From an uncultured Lachnospiraceae bacterium (GTDB taxonomy: Bacteria; Bacillota; Clostridia; Lachnospirales; Lachnospiraceae), in NCBI GenBank assembly GCA_949481375.1, contig CASYCI010000001.1, positions 64,001 through 128,000 on the forward strand: a DNA stretch of 64,000 nt. Reading direction: 5' to 3'. A model generated the notes under the pieces. The model did not search any database. It worked only from the letters and a program-made list of their open reading frames with translations, and was not told the DNA's origin. Below, one piece after another: positions 18,601-26,219 of the stretch (positions are counted from its first letter, which is position 1; each line of letters opens with the position of its first letter). The position numbers and the translations under genes were made by a program.

Positions 18601-19639
18601 CTAAAGTCAATTCATATTGGAACACCTGCGGAAATTCGTTGCTGACTGCAGCTTTTATTGTTCCATTGCTAATAAAATACTCGTAATTAACAGCATCCTT
18701 TTTGGTAAGCGCAATCTCTCCCAGATCTTTATCCGCATTTATTTCCACATTCTCTTGGGAATATGCCTGATAGCCTGATGCAGATACAGACACCACATAC
18801 GTTCCCTGTTCCACCGAAAGAGAAAACGAACCGTCCGCTGCCGTCCTCACGCTTTCCTCCCCAACGCGCACAACCGCATTTTCAACCGGAGTGTTCCCAT
18901 CTTTCACGGCGCCTGTCACGGAATATACTGGAATCGTTTCCTGATTATGTACCTGCCCTTCGCAGTCAGCCAAAAAACTCCAGCCGTCATCACTAAGGGG
19001 AGCGCCTTTGGTTTTCGCATCTGTAAAACGGAAGAACGTATGCTCAGTCCCATTTTTTCCAGCGCGGAACCCCGGTCTTCCTTCATTGCCGATAGCCTCC
19101 TTTAAACCTTCAAAAACATCTTTATTTGCTACCTGAACTTTCACGCCGTTTACTGTCACCGTCAATGCCTCGCGGGCTACCGATACAGAAATCTCTGCGC
19201 GACTGGTATCCGTAATTGCTGGAAGCCCTTCTAATGACGGATAACCTGTACTTCCACCTAAGTTATATTCATAATACCAGCTCCCATCCGGATTCGATCC
19301 TACGTACAGCCAATTCGAATCATTTAAGTAAGAATAGAAAAACCCCAGCCGCGCTTTATTAGGCGCATCACCCTGTTTTTCATAAGTAACGTTAAATGTC
19401 GACTCCCATTCAATCTTATCCTGATGCAATAATACGGCTGCCGGATTCGTCGATGCATCTGAATACGCATGCCCATTCCCATTGCCGCTTCCTGTTTCTA
19501 CACGATGCCAGATTTTCCTCGCAGCCGCTTGCGCCTGAATGGGTGGAAAGCCTGACAATGCAGTCGTAACCATCAGCAGAAAAGCCAATGTTCCCGCTAT
19601 AAAAGAACGTATTTTTCTTTTACTGCCCGTTTCTTTCAT
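12644..19639 (-). CDS. secreted multidomain glycoside hydrolase, GH101-like (endo-alpha-N-acetylgalactosaminidase architecture) with CarboxypepD_reg-like, F5/8 type C (CBM32-like), FIVAR repeats and a C-terminal BspA-type LRR / Lys-rich tail
   Basis: 2331 aa. Sec signal peptide (ALSGFPPIQAQAAA). (beta/alpha)8-like catalytic region around LDVWYG and STEFGDEGEY. Discoidin-like segment (WHSQWASP...KYLQIQVLEGEGTFASIAELELD). At least 5 FIVAR-like repeats (NYTDASWESFKKVYED). C-terminal LRR_5-like repeats, then a KKLKQKLIKAGVNKKAKIK tail and no LPXTG. RBS AGGAGG before the ATG. Confidence 0.75.
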   Translation of the reverse strand: MKETGSKRKIRSFIAGTLAFLLMVTTALSGFPPIQAQAAARKIWHRVETGSGNGNGHAYSDASTNPAAVLLHQDKIEWESTFNVTYEKQGDAPNKARLGFFYSYLNDSNWLYVGSNPDGSWYYEYNLGGSTGYPSLEGLPAITDTSRAEISVSVAREALTVTVNGVKVQVANKDVFEGLKEAIGNEGRPGFRAGKNGTEHTFFRFTDAKTKGAPLSDDGWSFLADCEGQVHNQETIPVYSVTGAVKDGNTPVENAVVRVGEESVRTAADGSFSLSVEQGTYVVSVSASGYQAYSQENVEINADKDLGEIALTKKDAVNYEYFISNGTIKAAVSNEFPQVFQYELTLGEDGAKKIFAGQETKLTEMRIGAYNPAYGEDKSVPQVNLKDIEPTLKSFEKEEDHAVYVMNLKDAEAQIDFDMTVKISVSENDLIWEVTNITKNSGCVKINTIDVPELNLVTITDLQVDTQFMGAVISGDTNAIGDREITFEDGFVANNSGGYAYGFLSADGISAGVWSNSEMVSDNRLVRNNGVDSMSLTSAAWYYDYNNDATFSYTDYTDATKNKTLTFSDYDSVAGVAGGVPISELPCAKVCFAADENEDSVVDWQDGAIAYRDIMNNPYGSENTKDLVNYRISMNFNSQATNPYLKTADNIKKVYLATDGLPQAVMMKGYGSEGHDSANSEYGYIADRLGGLEELKQLNTIAHNYNVQMGIHINAQECYPEAQTFSNDLVNGVNSRGWGWLDQSYNINRAYDLGSGLRYKRLLQLYDQLNDTSLYANKWPGVAGQGEDETVADAETIARTVAEKKKTTTENLDFMYLDVWYGASWETRKIAQQFNSLGWRFSTEFGDEGEYDSTWQHWATEGHYGGSAKKGLNSDVIRFIRNHQKDSFVLNYPSYGGTADNPLLGGFDLGGFEGWGGSNDSFNDYIIKTFLVNLPTKFLQHYKVYKWENYEDGGSPVGNHEKEITLVNDDKTEKVVVTRNEDQITSVSGNQSLDYVERTIKLNGKKVLDNATYLLPWTDWETDEEKLYHFNYEGGATTWELQDSWKNLGSVTVYALTDVGRTAKKTVPVTNGSITLDADAKMPYIVVKDETSEKKEIKEPWSEHAHVVDSGFNNYSGVNVDLGEEGPECPECKKEDKTTKTKYNYYMGSKFVCPVCKYEMGADAADKFKYEEQGNPLDKEIWSGDINDVKVVRIGSTGNKYLQMGSETETQSVSTTISDLEPGTDYVAQVYVENKSDAKAWIKVTGGSEDVSNYTLRSLAENYVQCDAHSRRAVSGSRMQIMQVPFTADSSTATLTLEREAGEDITYFDDIRIVDKKINNIQADGSFKQDFESVVSGMYPFVLGPAQGVTDHVTHLSELHAPYTQSGWGGKESLDDVLEGKWSLKHHGNNTGIIYRTIPQNLHFEAGQTYNISFDYQSGQRGQYYIVIGEGDEVIQTLDYMENTAENPLGGPSETKTYEFRMVGADSGQSWFGLASAAASLSKDENDNIKAYGLVDFVLDNLEVKKVGVKISASASTVTSAKDPITLTAEFSDELDESNLVTWTSSDENVVKVVPDPEDSKICHAYFVGFGNATITMRTMVGVQEIELPWAVSFPEIFELPSEEQKKAEWAGVYANTESATDNDTKEKAIDGESGTQWHSQWASPAFVVSETNPALLTVKIADGDNISNYNRVTIQQRTGNVNGLVKKYKCVVGDEFDETTHTVSGNVYTTDVITAKKTGQGEREVCVLPAGTAGKYLQIQVLEGEGTFASIAELELDKAGTNNTDEEQGYFEENGSSWSNKITEALEATLENADAVEKAGRGDYSEESWAVFEAALNAAKDRPADATPQQLLELQQDLVLAISNLTVSLDKARTEFEKVFDEAKNIYNAGQGNYTDASWESFKKVYEDVDVIKDSQDPKVLVKGRQMLEKALEGLKEKTPEQIEFEQAQQELKQSMDSASKKISEGQGNYTTTSWKKLVKAYEDAKEGKNSEDKETLKALTKALDDAMKGLAEKSDDLIEAEEALAKTIESAGEKIEAGQGEYTNASWKAFQDAYNAALKGNESDDKAEVQKLDNALKKAMAGLITNAQQAENDKAAAIQSAKNALQNEINASKTKYSAGAKKYTSATWTPFKKAYDAAVAGKNSTDVNKLKKLRTDLYNARIKLKIQPPASSSGTGSTQTKKLSKSDYTDVKDIRYTVIDPEKCTVEAAGLKKNMKKANILSTVEVKGIECKVTQIKANGFKKYTKLTTVTIGANVEKIGKAAFSGCKSITKLTIGANVKSIDAQSFSGCKKIKNIVIKSKKLTSIGKKAFKGVTAKAKVKLPKLKGSAAKKLKQKLIKAGVNKKAKIK

Positions 19640-19938
19640 TACAATTCCTCCTTTTTAAAACAAATGATTAGTTACATCAAACCGCAGGCGTTTACCCCGT
19701 AAGTCTGCGGTTCCTTTTATAAAATCCCCTGTCCTCTGCTAAAACCTCTGAGATTTCCGCTCATACAGGGAAGATTTCCATAGATAAAAAAACCTCTCCC
19801 TCGATTGTATCTTTGTTACATTCGGAAGAATGGCTCGGATCGGACATCTCATAAATAATATACAAAAAAAACAGCCGATTTTTGGTTTATTTTATTATAC
19901 TTCCATAACGTTCTTTTGTCAACGATTCTTCGAGTATT

Positions 19939-19986
19939 AAAAACAAACAAAAAAACGCCAAGCCTGAACAGCGTCAAACTTGGCGT
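19939..19986 (-). terminator. rho-independent terminator downstream of the cotJC-like/hemB/cgeB-family transcription unit
   Basis: ACGCCAAG...CTTGGCGT stem, followed on the minus strand by TTTTTTTGTTTGTTTTT. Confidence 0.6.
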
Positions 19987-20027
19987 CCCCTTATGGATTT
20001 TCACTCATATTGCTTTTGTTCTTCCAT

Positions 20028-20579
20028 CTATTTCACTTCGTCCAGCAATGTATGCAGTATCATGATGTGATATTCTTCGTCCAAAATAATCCGTGAAAGC
20101 AACGCGTTCACGCCCGAATCCTGTATCGCTTTCATATGCATCTGGTACTGGCGTATCGCTTGTTTTTCAGATTCTATGTCCGCCGACAGCATTTGCCTTG
20201 CATGTTGCGGAATTGTAATGTATTCCGGCGTCCACATTTTTCTCCTGCCATTCTGCTGCATCGCCGCAAAACTGATTTCTCCGCCCAATAAAACAATGAG
20301 CTCCCCCAGTTTTTGCAAATGCATCATTTCCGCCATTGCAATTCCAAGCAATGTCTTTGCAAGGGGACATTGGACGGCTGACAGACGGTTTTCGTTGTTA
20401 ATGTACTGTGTGATCGCAGACATTTCAGACACCGCGCCACAGTAGTCATTGCTAAGCAGATTGGCGTATGCAGGATTTTGACGCTCTGCCTGAATCTTTG
20501 GATAAGGCAAATCCACCATAACTGGCCGGATGCCTGTAAAACTGCATTGATTTTCCAAAGGCATTTTCTGTTCTTCCAT
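20028..20579 (-). CDS. manganese-catalase/ferritin-like family protein, spore coat CotJC-like
   Basis: 183 aa. YPKIQAERQNPAYANLLSNDYCGAVSEMSAITQY matches the CotJC/Mn-catalase N-terminus. No cotJA or cotJB adjacent. Confidence 0.7.
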   Translation of the reverse strand: MEEQKMPLENQCSFTGIRPVMVDLPYPKIQAERQNPAYANLLSNDYCGAVSEMSAITQYINNENRLSAVQCPLAKTLLGIAMAEMMHLQKLGELIVLLGGEISFAAMQQNGRRKMWTPEYITIPQHARQMLSADIESEKQAIRQYQMHMKAIQDSGVNALLSRIILDEEYHIMILHTLLDEVK

Positions 20580-20635
20580 AATAAGCGCTCCTAATATATT
20601 CTTTTAGAATAATATATTGAAGTCCGCCTTGTTTG

Positions 20636-21619
20636 CTACCCGATTCTTCCCCGTTTTATGCAGTCCGCCAATTCTTTCGCATAATATGTAATATAAATAT
20701 CCGATCCGGCGCGGTATGCCGCCGCTGCCATTTCACACATGATCCCTTCTTCCTCTATAAACCCATTGGCAGCCGCAGACTTAACCATGGCGTATTCTCC
20801 GCTTACGCTGTAGGATGCCACCGGAACATTCGCGCATTCTTTCACTTCCCAAATAATGTCTCCATATGCCATCGCAGGTTTTACCATCACAATATCCGCG
20901 CCTTCTTTTATGTCAAGCATGGCTTCTTTTAAAGCCTCTTTCCGGTTATGGAAATCCATTTGATACGTTTTCCTGTCTCCAAAAGCCGGAGCGCTGTCTG
21001 CTGCGTCCCGAAATGGGCCGTAAAAAGAAGATGCATATTTTGCTGAATATGCCATAATTGGCGTATTGCTAAAACCGTTTGCATCTAACGCCTGACGGAT
21101 TGCCAGAACCCTTCCATCCATCATATCGGAAGGCGCCACCATATCCGCGCCCGCCTGCGCTTGGGATACGGCTATTTTTCCCAGATAGGAAAGCGTCCCG
21201 TCATTGTCCACTTCTTTCCCGCATAAAATGCCGCAGTGTCCATGCGACGTGTATTCACACATACAGACGTCGCCGATGAAATACAGATTGGGAAATTCCT
21301 GCTTCGCTCTTGCAAACGCCTTTTGCGCAATCCCGTCTTCCGCATACGCCATACTGCCATATGCATCTTTTCGTTTCGGTATCCCAAAAAACATCACATT
21401 CGTTACGCCCGCCCGTTCCAGTTCACTGAGTTTTTCGCCCATGCGTTCTATGCTGTAGCGGAATTGTCCCGGCATGGAAGCGATTTCTTCTTTGATATTT
21501 TCGCCTTCCGTGACAAACATCGGATAAACCAGCGATGCTTTACTGATTCTCGTTTCCCGAACCATTTTGCGAAGCGTCTCCCCGCCCCGTAACCTTCTCG
21601 GCCTTATGATTTGTTCCAC
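20636..21619 (-). CDS. hemB: porphobilinogen synthase (delta-aminolevulinic acid dehydratase)
   Basis: 327 aa. RPRRLR N-terminus, CEYTSHGHCGIL metal/active-site region, Schiff-base lysine context IMVKPA. Confidence 0.93.
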   Translation of the reverse strand: MEQIIRPRRLRGGETLRKMVRETRISKASLVYPMFVTEGENIKEEIASMPGQFRYSIERMGEKLSELERAGVTNVMFFGIPKRKDAYGSMAYAEDGIAQKAFARAKQEFPNLYFIGDVCMCEYTSHGHCGILCGKEVDNDGTLSYLGKIAVSQAQAGADMVAPSDMMDGRVLAIRQALDANGFSNTPIMAYSAKYASSFYGPFRDAADSAPAFGDRKTYQMDFHNRKEALKEAMLDIKEGADIVMVKPAMAYGDIIWEVKECANVPVASYSVSGEYAMVKSAAANGFIEEEGIMCEMAAAAYRAGSDIYITYYAKELADCIKRGRIG

Positions 21620-22797
21620 TTTTTCCCGCCTCCATTTTCTTTTTTTACAAGTTCCATCATTTGTTCTATTCTCTGCTCAAATGTATGATATTTTTTCACT
21701 TTTTTATAGCCGTTTCCGGCTATCCGCCTGCGTTCTTCCTCATGCGCCAGATAGTAACCGGAAAGTTCCGACAATTCTTCTATGCTTTCAAAACAAACTA
21801 AATCTTCTTTATTTTTAAAGTAAGCAGGAATTTCCGCTTGGAAATTTGTCATTAAAAATCCGCCGCTGCCCAAAATATCCCAAATCCGAAGCGGAAGGCC
21901 GCTTTTGATATTTGGAATCGTAAAGTTCAGATTAATTTTCGACGCCGCAAACACTTTTGGCATTTCGCTCCAATAATCCAAAGACCCGCCATAACGGACT
22001 TTAAACAAACCGCTTGTGTCACTGTTGCTGTAAATTGTCACATGATATTTTTTGGAAAGTTCTAACAGCGCGCGCCGCCGCTGTTCCGCCGCCGTTTTAA
22101 ATCCAAGAACAGTAGTGGAAAAGATCAGCCCCAAATCCGAAAAAGAGCCTTCTGATTTTTCCAGCTTAAAATATTGCTGTAATCTTTCTAATATGCCTAC
22201 CGGAAGCATTTCTTCTATTATATTGCCGCCGCTTATGCACTGCTGCGCCCAGATTGCCGCATCAAAATATCCCTGTAAATACTCCGGCAGAGAAGGACGC
22301 AGCCTGTCATAGCTGTTCCGCTCATACAAGCTTCCCACAAATGCAATGTCATTTTCATATAACGCCTGATCATCAAAACGCCCTAAAAGATAGTCAAGCC
22401 GCTTCGTATTCACTGCTAAAGGCAAATGCCAGATATGGGAAACGCCCATTTCCCGAAATTCAAGGAAATTAGTCTTATCAAAAGTAAAAAAATAATTGCA
22501 GGGACAAAACACATTTTTGTGGTACATACTAATCAGTGGATTGTCACAAGTCCAAACCACATACGGGACATGGGTTTTTTCACAGACAGACGTCACGAGC
22601 GCAAAGTAATTCACGGTAAACACCATATCACAGGCTTCTTCTACTATCATATTCGCTAGTAAAGCTTCAAATTCACTGTCTTCATCATAGTTGTCCAAAT
22701 CCTGCTCGTATGTAAGAATGTCATAGCCAAGCGCCAAAAACGCTTCACAGATATCCGCATAGTTATATGCCCGCCATTTATATACTAAAATCCGCAC
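21604..22797 (-). CDS. CgeB-family glycosyltransferase (DUF3880 + GT1-like)
   Basis: 397 aa. MRILVYKW N-terminus. C-terminal GT1-like motifs (LRIWDILGSGGFLMTN...EELSEL). Confidence 0.65.
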   Translation of the reverse strand: MRILVYKWRAYNYADICEAFLALGYDILTYEQDLDNYDEDSEFEALLANMIVEEACDMVFTVNYFALVTSVCEKTHVPYVVWTCDNPLISMYHKNVFCPCNYFFTFDKTNFLEFREMGVSHIWHLPLAVNTKRLDYLLGRFDDQALYENDIAFVGSLYERNSYDRLRPSLPEYLQGYFDAAIWAQQCISGGNIIEEMLPVGILERLQQYFKLEKSEGSFSDLGLIFSTTVLGFKTAAEQRRRALLELSKKYHVTIYSNSDTSGLFKVRYGGSLDYWSEMPKVFAASKINLNFTIPNIKSGLPLRIWDILGSGGFLMTNFQAEIPAYFKNKEDLVCFESIEELSELSGYYLAHEEERRRIAGNGYKKVKKYHTFEQRIEQMMELVKKENGGGKKWNKS

Positions 22798-22916
22798 TAG
22801 TTTCCCCTCCCCAGAGCAATTTTCTTATATTATACCTGAAAATAAATGGAACACAAGAGCCGTCAGGCATTTTCTTACAGAAACTCTTTTTCCCAAACAT
22901 TCGGCCAAATTTCAGC

Positions 22917-22959
22917 AAAAGCGGCAAACTTGTCCTTTCCCGACGGTTTGCCGCTTTTG
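22917..22959 (-). terminator. hairpin terminator after uxaC
   Basis: AAAAGCGGCAAAC...GTTTGCCGCTTTT, a 13-bp perfect stem with flanking A/T runs, immediately 3' of the uxaC stop. Confidence 0.5.
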
Positions 22960-22962
22960 CCA

Positions 22963-24378
22963 TTATGCCGGATCGACAGAAAACCCAAAATACCGGACTG
23001 CATTGTTATAGGAAATTCCTTTAATGATCCGCGTAAGAGCCGCTTCGTCTGCCGGATATTCCCCATTTTCCACCCAGCCGCCAATGAGTGAGCACAAAAT
23101 TCTGCGGAAATATTCGTGCCTTGTATAAGAAAGGAAGCTTCTCGAATCCGTCAGCATTCCGATAAAATTCCCTAACAGCCCTAAGTTTGCAAGAGACGTC
23201 ATCTGCGCTTTCATGCCTTCTTTATGGTCATTAAACCACCATGCCGAACCCTGCTGGATTTTGCCGATGGCGGATGCGTCCTGAAAACAGCCTGCCAGAG
23301 TCCCAATCACTGCATTGTCATTCGGGTTAAGCGAATATAAAATGCTTTTGGGCAGTTTTCCAAGCTCACTCAGAGCATTTAAAAACTCCGCAAGCTCCTC
23401 TGCCGGCGTAAAATCTGAAATGCAGTCAAAACCGGAATCCGCCCCAAGCATCCGGAAAGCTTTGCCGTTATTATCACGCCTGCATCCATAGTGAAGCTGC
23501 ATCGCCCAATTTCTGTCATAATATTCCTTGCCCATTTCCAGCATAAACGCAGTTTGAAACATCAGCGTTTCTTCTTTTGTAAGCAATTCTCCCAAAAGCC
23601 TTTTTCGAAAGACCGCTTCTGTTTCTTCTATGCCTGACGGACGGCACATCACAAAATAAAGCCCATGATCTGAAATCCGGCATCCCATTTCAGCGAAAAA
23701 ATCCATTCGGCGCCGCAATGCCTCAATTAATGTATCAAACGACTGAATCCGCGCTCCGCTCACCTGAGCCAGATTTTCTAAATAATCAAGATAATCCGGT
23801 TTTTCTATCTGCATCGCGCGATCCGGACGAAATGTCGGAAGAACCTGAACAGAAAAACTTTCATCTGACGCGATTTCTTTATGCCATTTTAAACTGTCTG
23901 CCGGATCGTCAGTCGTGCAAATCAATGTCACATTCGACGTTTCAATTAAGCTTCGCGCCGACATTGTATCCTGACGCAGTTTTTCATTGCAGAGCTGCCA
24001 GACTTCATCTGCCGTTTCTCTGTTTAAAGCGCCCCTATATCCGAAATATCTCTGCAATTCCAAATGGCTCCAGTGATACAGGGGATTTCCAACCGCCTGT
24101 TCAAGCGTCTCTGCCCATTTTATAAACTTCTCATAGTCCGATGCATCGCCGGTAATATAGCGTTCCTCTACCCCGTTTGCTCGCATCTGCCGCCATTTAT
24201 AATGATCGCCGCCCAGCCAGACCTGTGTTATCGTCTCAAATTTCCTATTTTCCGCAATTTCCCTTGGGTTAATATGGCAATGATAATCCAAAACCGGCAA
24301 GCGTTTTGCAATGCCATGATACAGCTTTTTTGCGCATTCCGTTGTAAGCAGAAAATCCCTATCCATAAACTGTTTCAT
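22963..24378 (-). CDS. uxaC: glucuronate isomerase (uronate isomerase)
   Basis: 471 aa. LPVLDYHCHINPREIAENRKF and WLGGDHYKWRQMR are hallmark UxaC motifs. Confidence 0.93.
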   Translation of the reverse strand: MKQFMDRDFLLTTECAKKLYHGIAKRLPVLDYHCHINPREIAENRKFETITQVWLGGDHYKWRQMRANGVEERYITGDASDYEKFIKWAETLEQAVGNPLYHWSHLELQRYFGYRGALNRETADEVWQLCNEKLRQDTMSARSLIETSNVTLICTTDDPADSLKWHKEIASDESFSVQVLPTFRPDRAMQIEKPDYLDYLENLAQVSGARIQSFDTLIEALRRRMDFFAEMGCRISDHGLYFVMCRPSGIEETEAVFRKRLLGELLTKEETLMFQTAFMLEMGKEYYDRNWAMQLHYGCRRDNNGKAFRMLGADSGFDCISDFTPAEELAEFLNALSELGKLPKSILYSLNPNDNAVIGTLAGCFQDASAIGKIQQGSAWWFNDHKEGMKAQMTSLANLGLLGNFIGMLTDSRSFLSYTRHEYFRRILCSLIGGWVENGEYPADEAALTRIIKGISYNNAVRYFGFSVDPA

Positions 24379-24454
24379 TCCAAAGACCTCCTAGTGTTCT
24401 TACATGTACTATTTGTAAAAATGAGGTTCTTTGTACATGGAAAATCATGGAAAT

Positions 24455-24664
24455 TTAAGATGTTTTGCCATCTTCCTGCCAAAACAATTCATCTAACGTC
24501 TTGCCAAGCGCTTTGCAGATTGCAATACATAGATGAATCGTCGGGTTATAGTCTCCTTTTTCGATCGCGCTAATCGTCTGTCTCGTCACGCCCACTTTTT
24601 CCGCCAGTTCCTGCTGGGAAAGGTCAAGCCCTGCCCGTGCCGCTTTTAACCTTAAATTTTTCAT
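24455..24664 (-). CDS. XRE-family HTH transcriptional regulator (YozG-like)
   Basis: LSQQELAEKVGVTRQTISAIEKGDYNPTIHLCIAICKALGKTLDELF is a Cro/C1 HTH. ATG at 24664 overlaps the upstream gene's stop (ATGA). Confidence 0.85.
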   Translation of the reverse strand: MKNLRLKAARAGLDLSQQELAEKVGVTRQTISAIEKGDYNPTIHLCIAICKALGKTLDELFWQEDGKTS

Positions 24665-25203
24665 TCTTCCTCCATGGTTTCTTCTTTTTTGCAAAAACGC
24701 CGGAACAAAAGAAGCGCTAAAACCAGCAATATCGCTATCCCAGTAATTATTTGAACGATGCCAAAGTCTAAATCTCTGTTTTCTATTCCCATGCCGTCAT
24801 TAGACAATTCCAGTATGCCTTCAAACAGATTCCAAACAGCGATTGCCGCAAATGTCCAGATAAAGCCTGCCGGCTTGTCATTTAATGCAAAGTAGCTGTC
24901 ATTCCAAATGACATAAGCCACATAAACTAGGGCGCTAATGGTAAGGCCCGCAAAGAGAAGCGCCTTTCCCGACACAAACGGTTCCGTGAAACTGCCAAAT
25001 AATATGTACGAAACCACACAGACAAAAAGCGTTTCATAAGCATAATGGAACCCTTTGCCCTGTACAAGCCGCTGTCTTTCGTCGTAATCGCCCTTTAACG
25101 AATGTTTTTTTCTAAAAACGCCAAACATGGCCGCAAGCGCTGCGCAAGCCAAAATCACGCCGAACATTGCCCCTATCAAATAACCTGAATCATATTCCGT
25201 CAT
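24661..25203 (-). CDS. DUF2975-like membrane protein, partner of the XRE regulator
   Basis: 180 aa, 4 predicted TM helices. Translationally coupled to the downstream HTH gene. Confidence 0.65.
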   Translation of the reverse strand: MTEYDSGYLIGAMFGVILACAALAAMFGVFRKKHSLKGDYDERQRLVQGKGFHYAYETLFVCVVSYILFGSFTEPFVSGKALLFAGLTISALVYVAYVIWNDSYFALNDKPAGFIWTFAAIAVWNLFEGILELSNDGMGIENRDLDFGIVQIITGIAILLVLALLLFRRFCKKEETMEEE

Positions 25204-25311
25204 ATGAACCCCTCCTTTTTTCTATTTTGCATCTTATCATATTGCCATCCATTTTGTCAATTATATTTTATATATTGAATAGTTTTATATTTATTTTGTT
25301 AAATAAACATA

Positions 25312-25349
25312 AAAAAAGCGGCAAGAACGTCTGATACGTCCCTGCCGCG
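25312..25349 (-). terminator. rho-independent terminator after the polysaccharide deacetylase gene
   Basis: GCGGCAGG...CTTGCCGC stem, followed on the minus strand by TTTTTTT. Confidence 0.55.
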
Positions 25350-25357
25350 GCGTTTTG

Positions 25358-26164
25358 TCACTCCAAAAATTCCTCTAAAGACCCAAATGTATAGCCAAGA
25401 TCTTCCCATTTTGTCAAAAGCTCATCTAAAATCTCTCCATTTGTCCTAGAAGTCGCGTGTAAAAGCACGACCGCTCCCGAATGGATTCTGGGAAGCAGTT
25501 TGCTGTAAGCTTCTTGAGGCGTCGGCTGTTTTTCTTCATACCAGTCCACATAAGCAAGGCTCCAGAAAAAAGTGTGGTATCCAAGCTGCTTTGCCATCTC
25601 TAAATTATCGGAATTGAATTTTCCCTGTGGCGGACGGTACAGTTTTAACATCTTTTCTCCCGTGATTTCCTGATAAAGCGTCTCCACGTCCTCCATTTCT
25701 TTGCGGAACGATTCTAAATCTCCGATTTTCGACATATCGGGATGGTGGTAAGTATGGTTTCCGACCAAATGCCCCTCTTTTTGCATCCGTTTCACAATCT
25801 CAGGAGCAGTTTCCAAAAAATTTCCCACCACAAAAAACGTCCCTTTTGCATCATGTTTGTTCAATGCATCTAATATCTTTTCCGTGTTTCCATTTTCATA
25901 ACCGCAGTCAAACGTCAGATAGATTTTCTTTTCTGATGCGTCCCCCATATAATACGCATCGTATTTTTCCAATTCTTCGGAACTGACGTTTCCCGTCGGC
26001 GCCGTCCCTTCCGTCCCAAATCCCAGCCCCCAGTTTTCTGTCTCTCCCCGTATAAACGGAGAGCCGCTAAAAACATCTACGATTTTAGCAGCCCCTGCGC
26101 CTGCCCCATACATAAAGAGAAAAAGTACGACAAGTAACAATGTTTTCTTGTATTTCATATACAC
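25358..26164 (-). CDS. polysaccharide deacetylase family protein (PdaA/PdaB-like, signal-anchored)
   Basis: N-terminal signal/TM. NodB-homology motifs TFDCGYENGNT and HLVGNHTYHHPDM. Confidence 0.8.
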   Translation of the reverse strand: MYMKYKKTLLLVVLFLFMYGAGAGAAKIVDVFSGSPFIRGETENWGLGFGTEGTAPTGNVSSEELEKYDAYYMGDASEKKIYLTFDCGYENGNTEKILDALNKHDAKGTFFVVGNFLETAPEIVKRMQKEGHLVGNHTYHHPDMSKIGDLESFRKEMEDVETLYQEITGEKMLKLYRPPQGKFNSDNLEMAKQLGYHTFFWSLAYVDWYEEKQPTPQEAYSKLLPRIHSGAVVLLHATSRTNGEILDELLTKWEDLGYTFGSLEEFLE

Positions 26165-26219
26165 CCTGACAAAATTTCTTTTGTACTATTCTATGAGGCA
26201 ATTTTAAATTCATTCTATT

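Noticed and set aside
20028-20579. cotJABC operon
   Set aside because: Only the CotJC-like (Mn-catalase family) gene is present. Upstream on the same strand is hemB, so there is no cotJA or cotJB.
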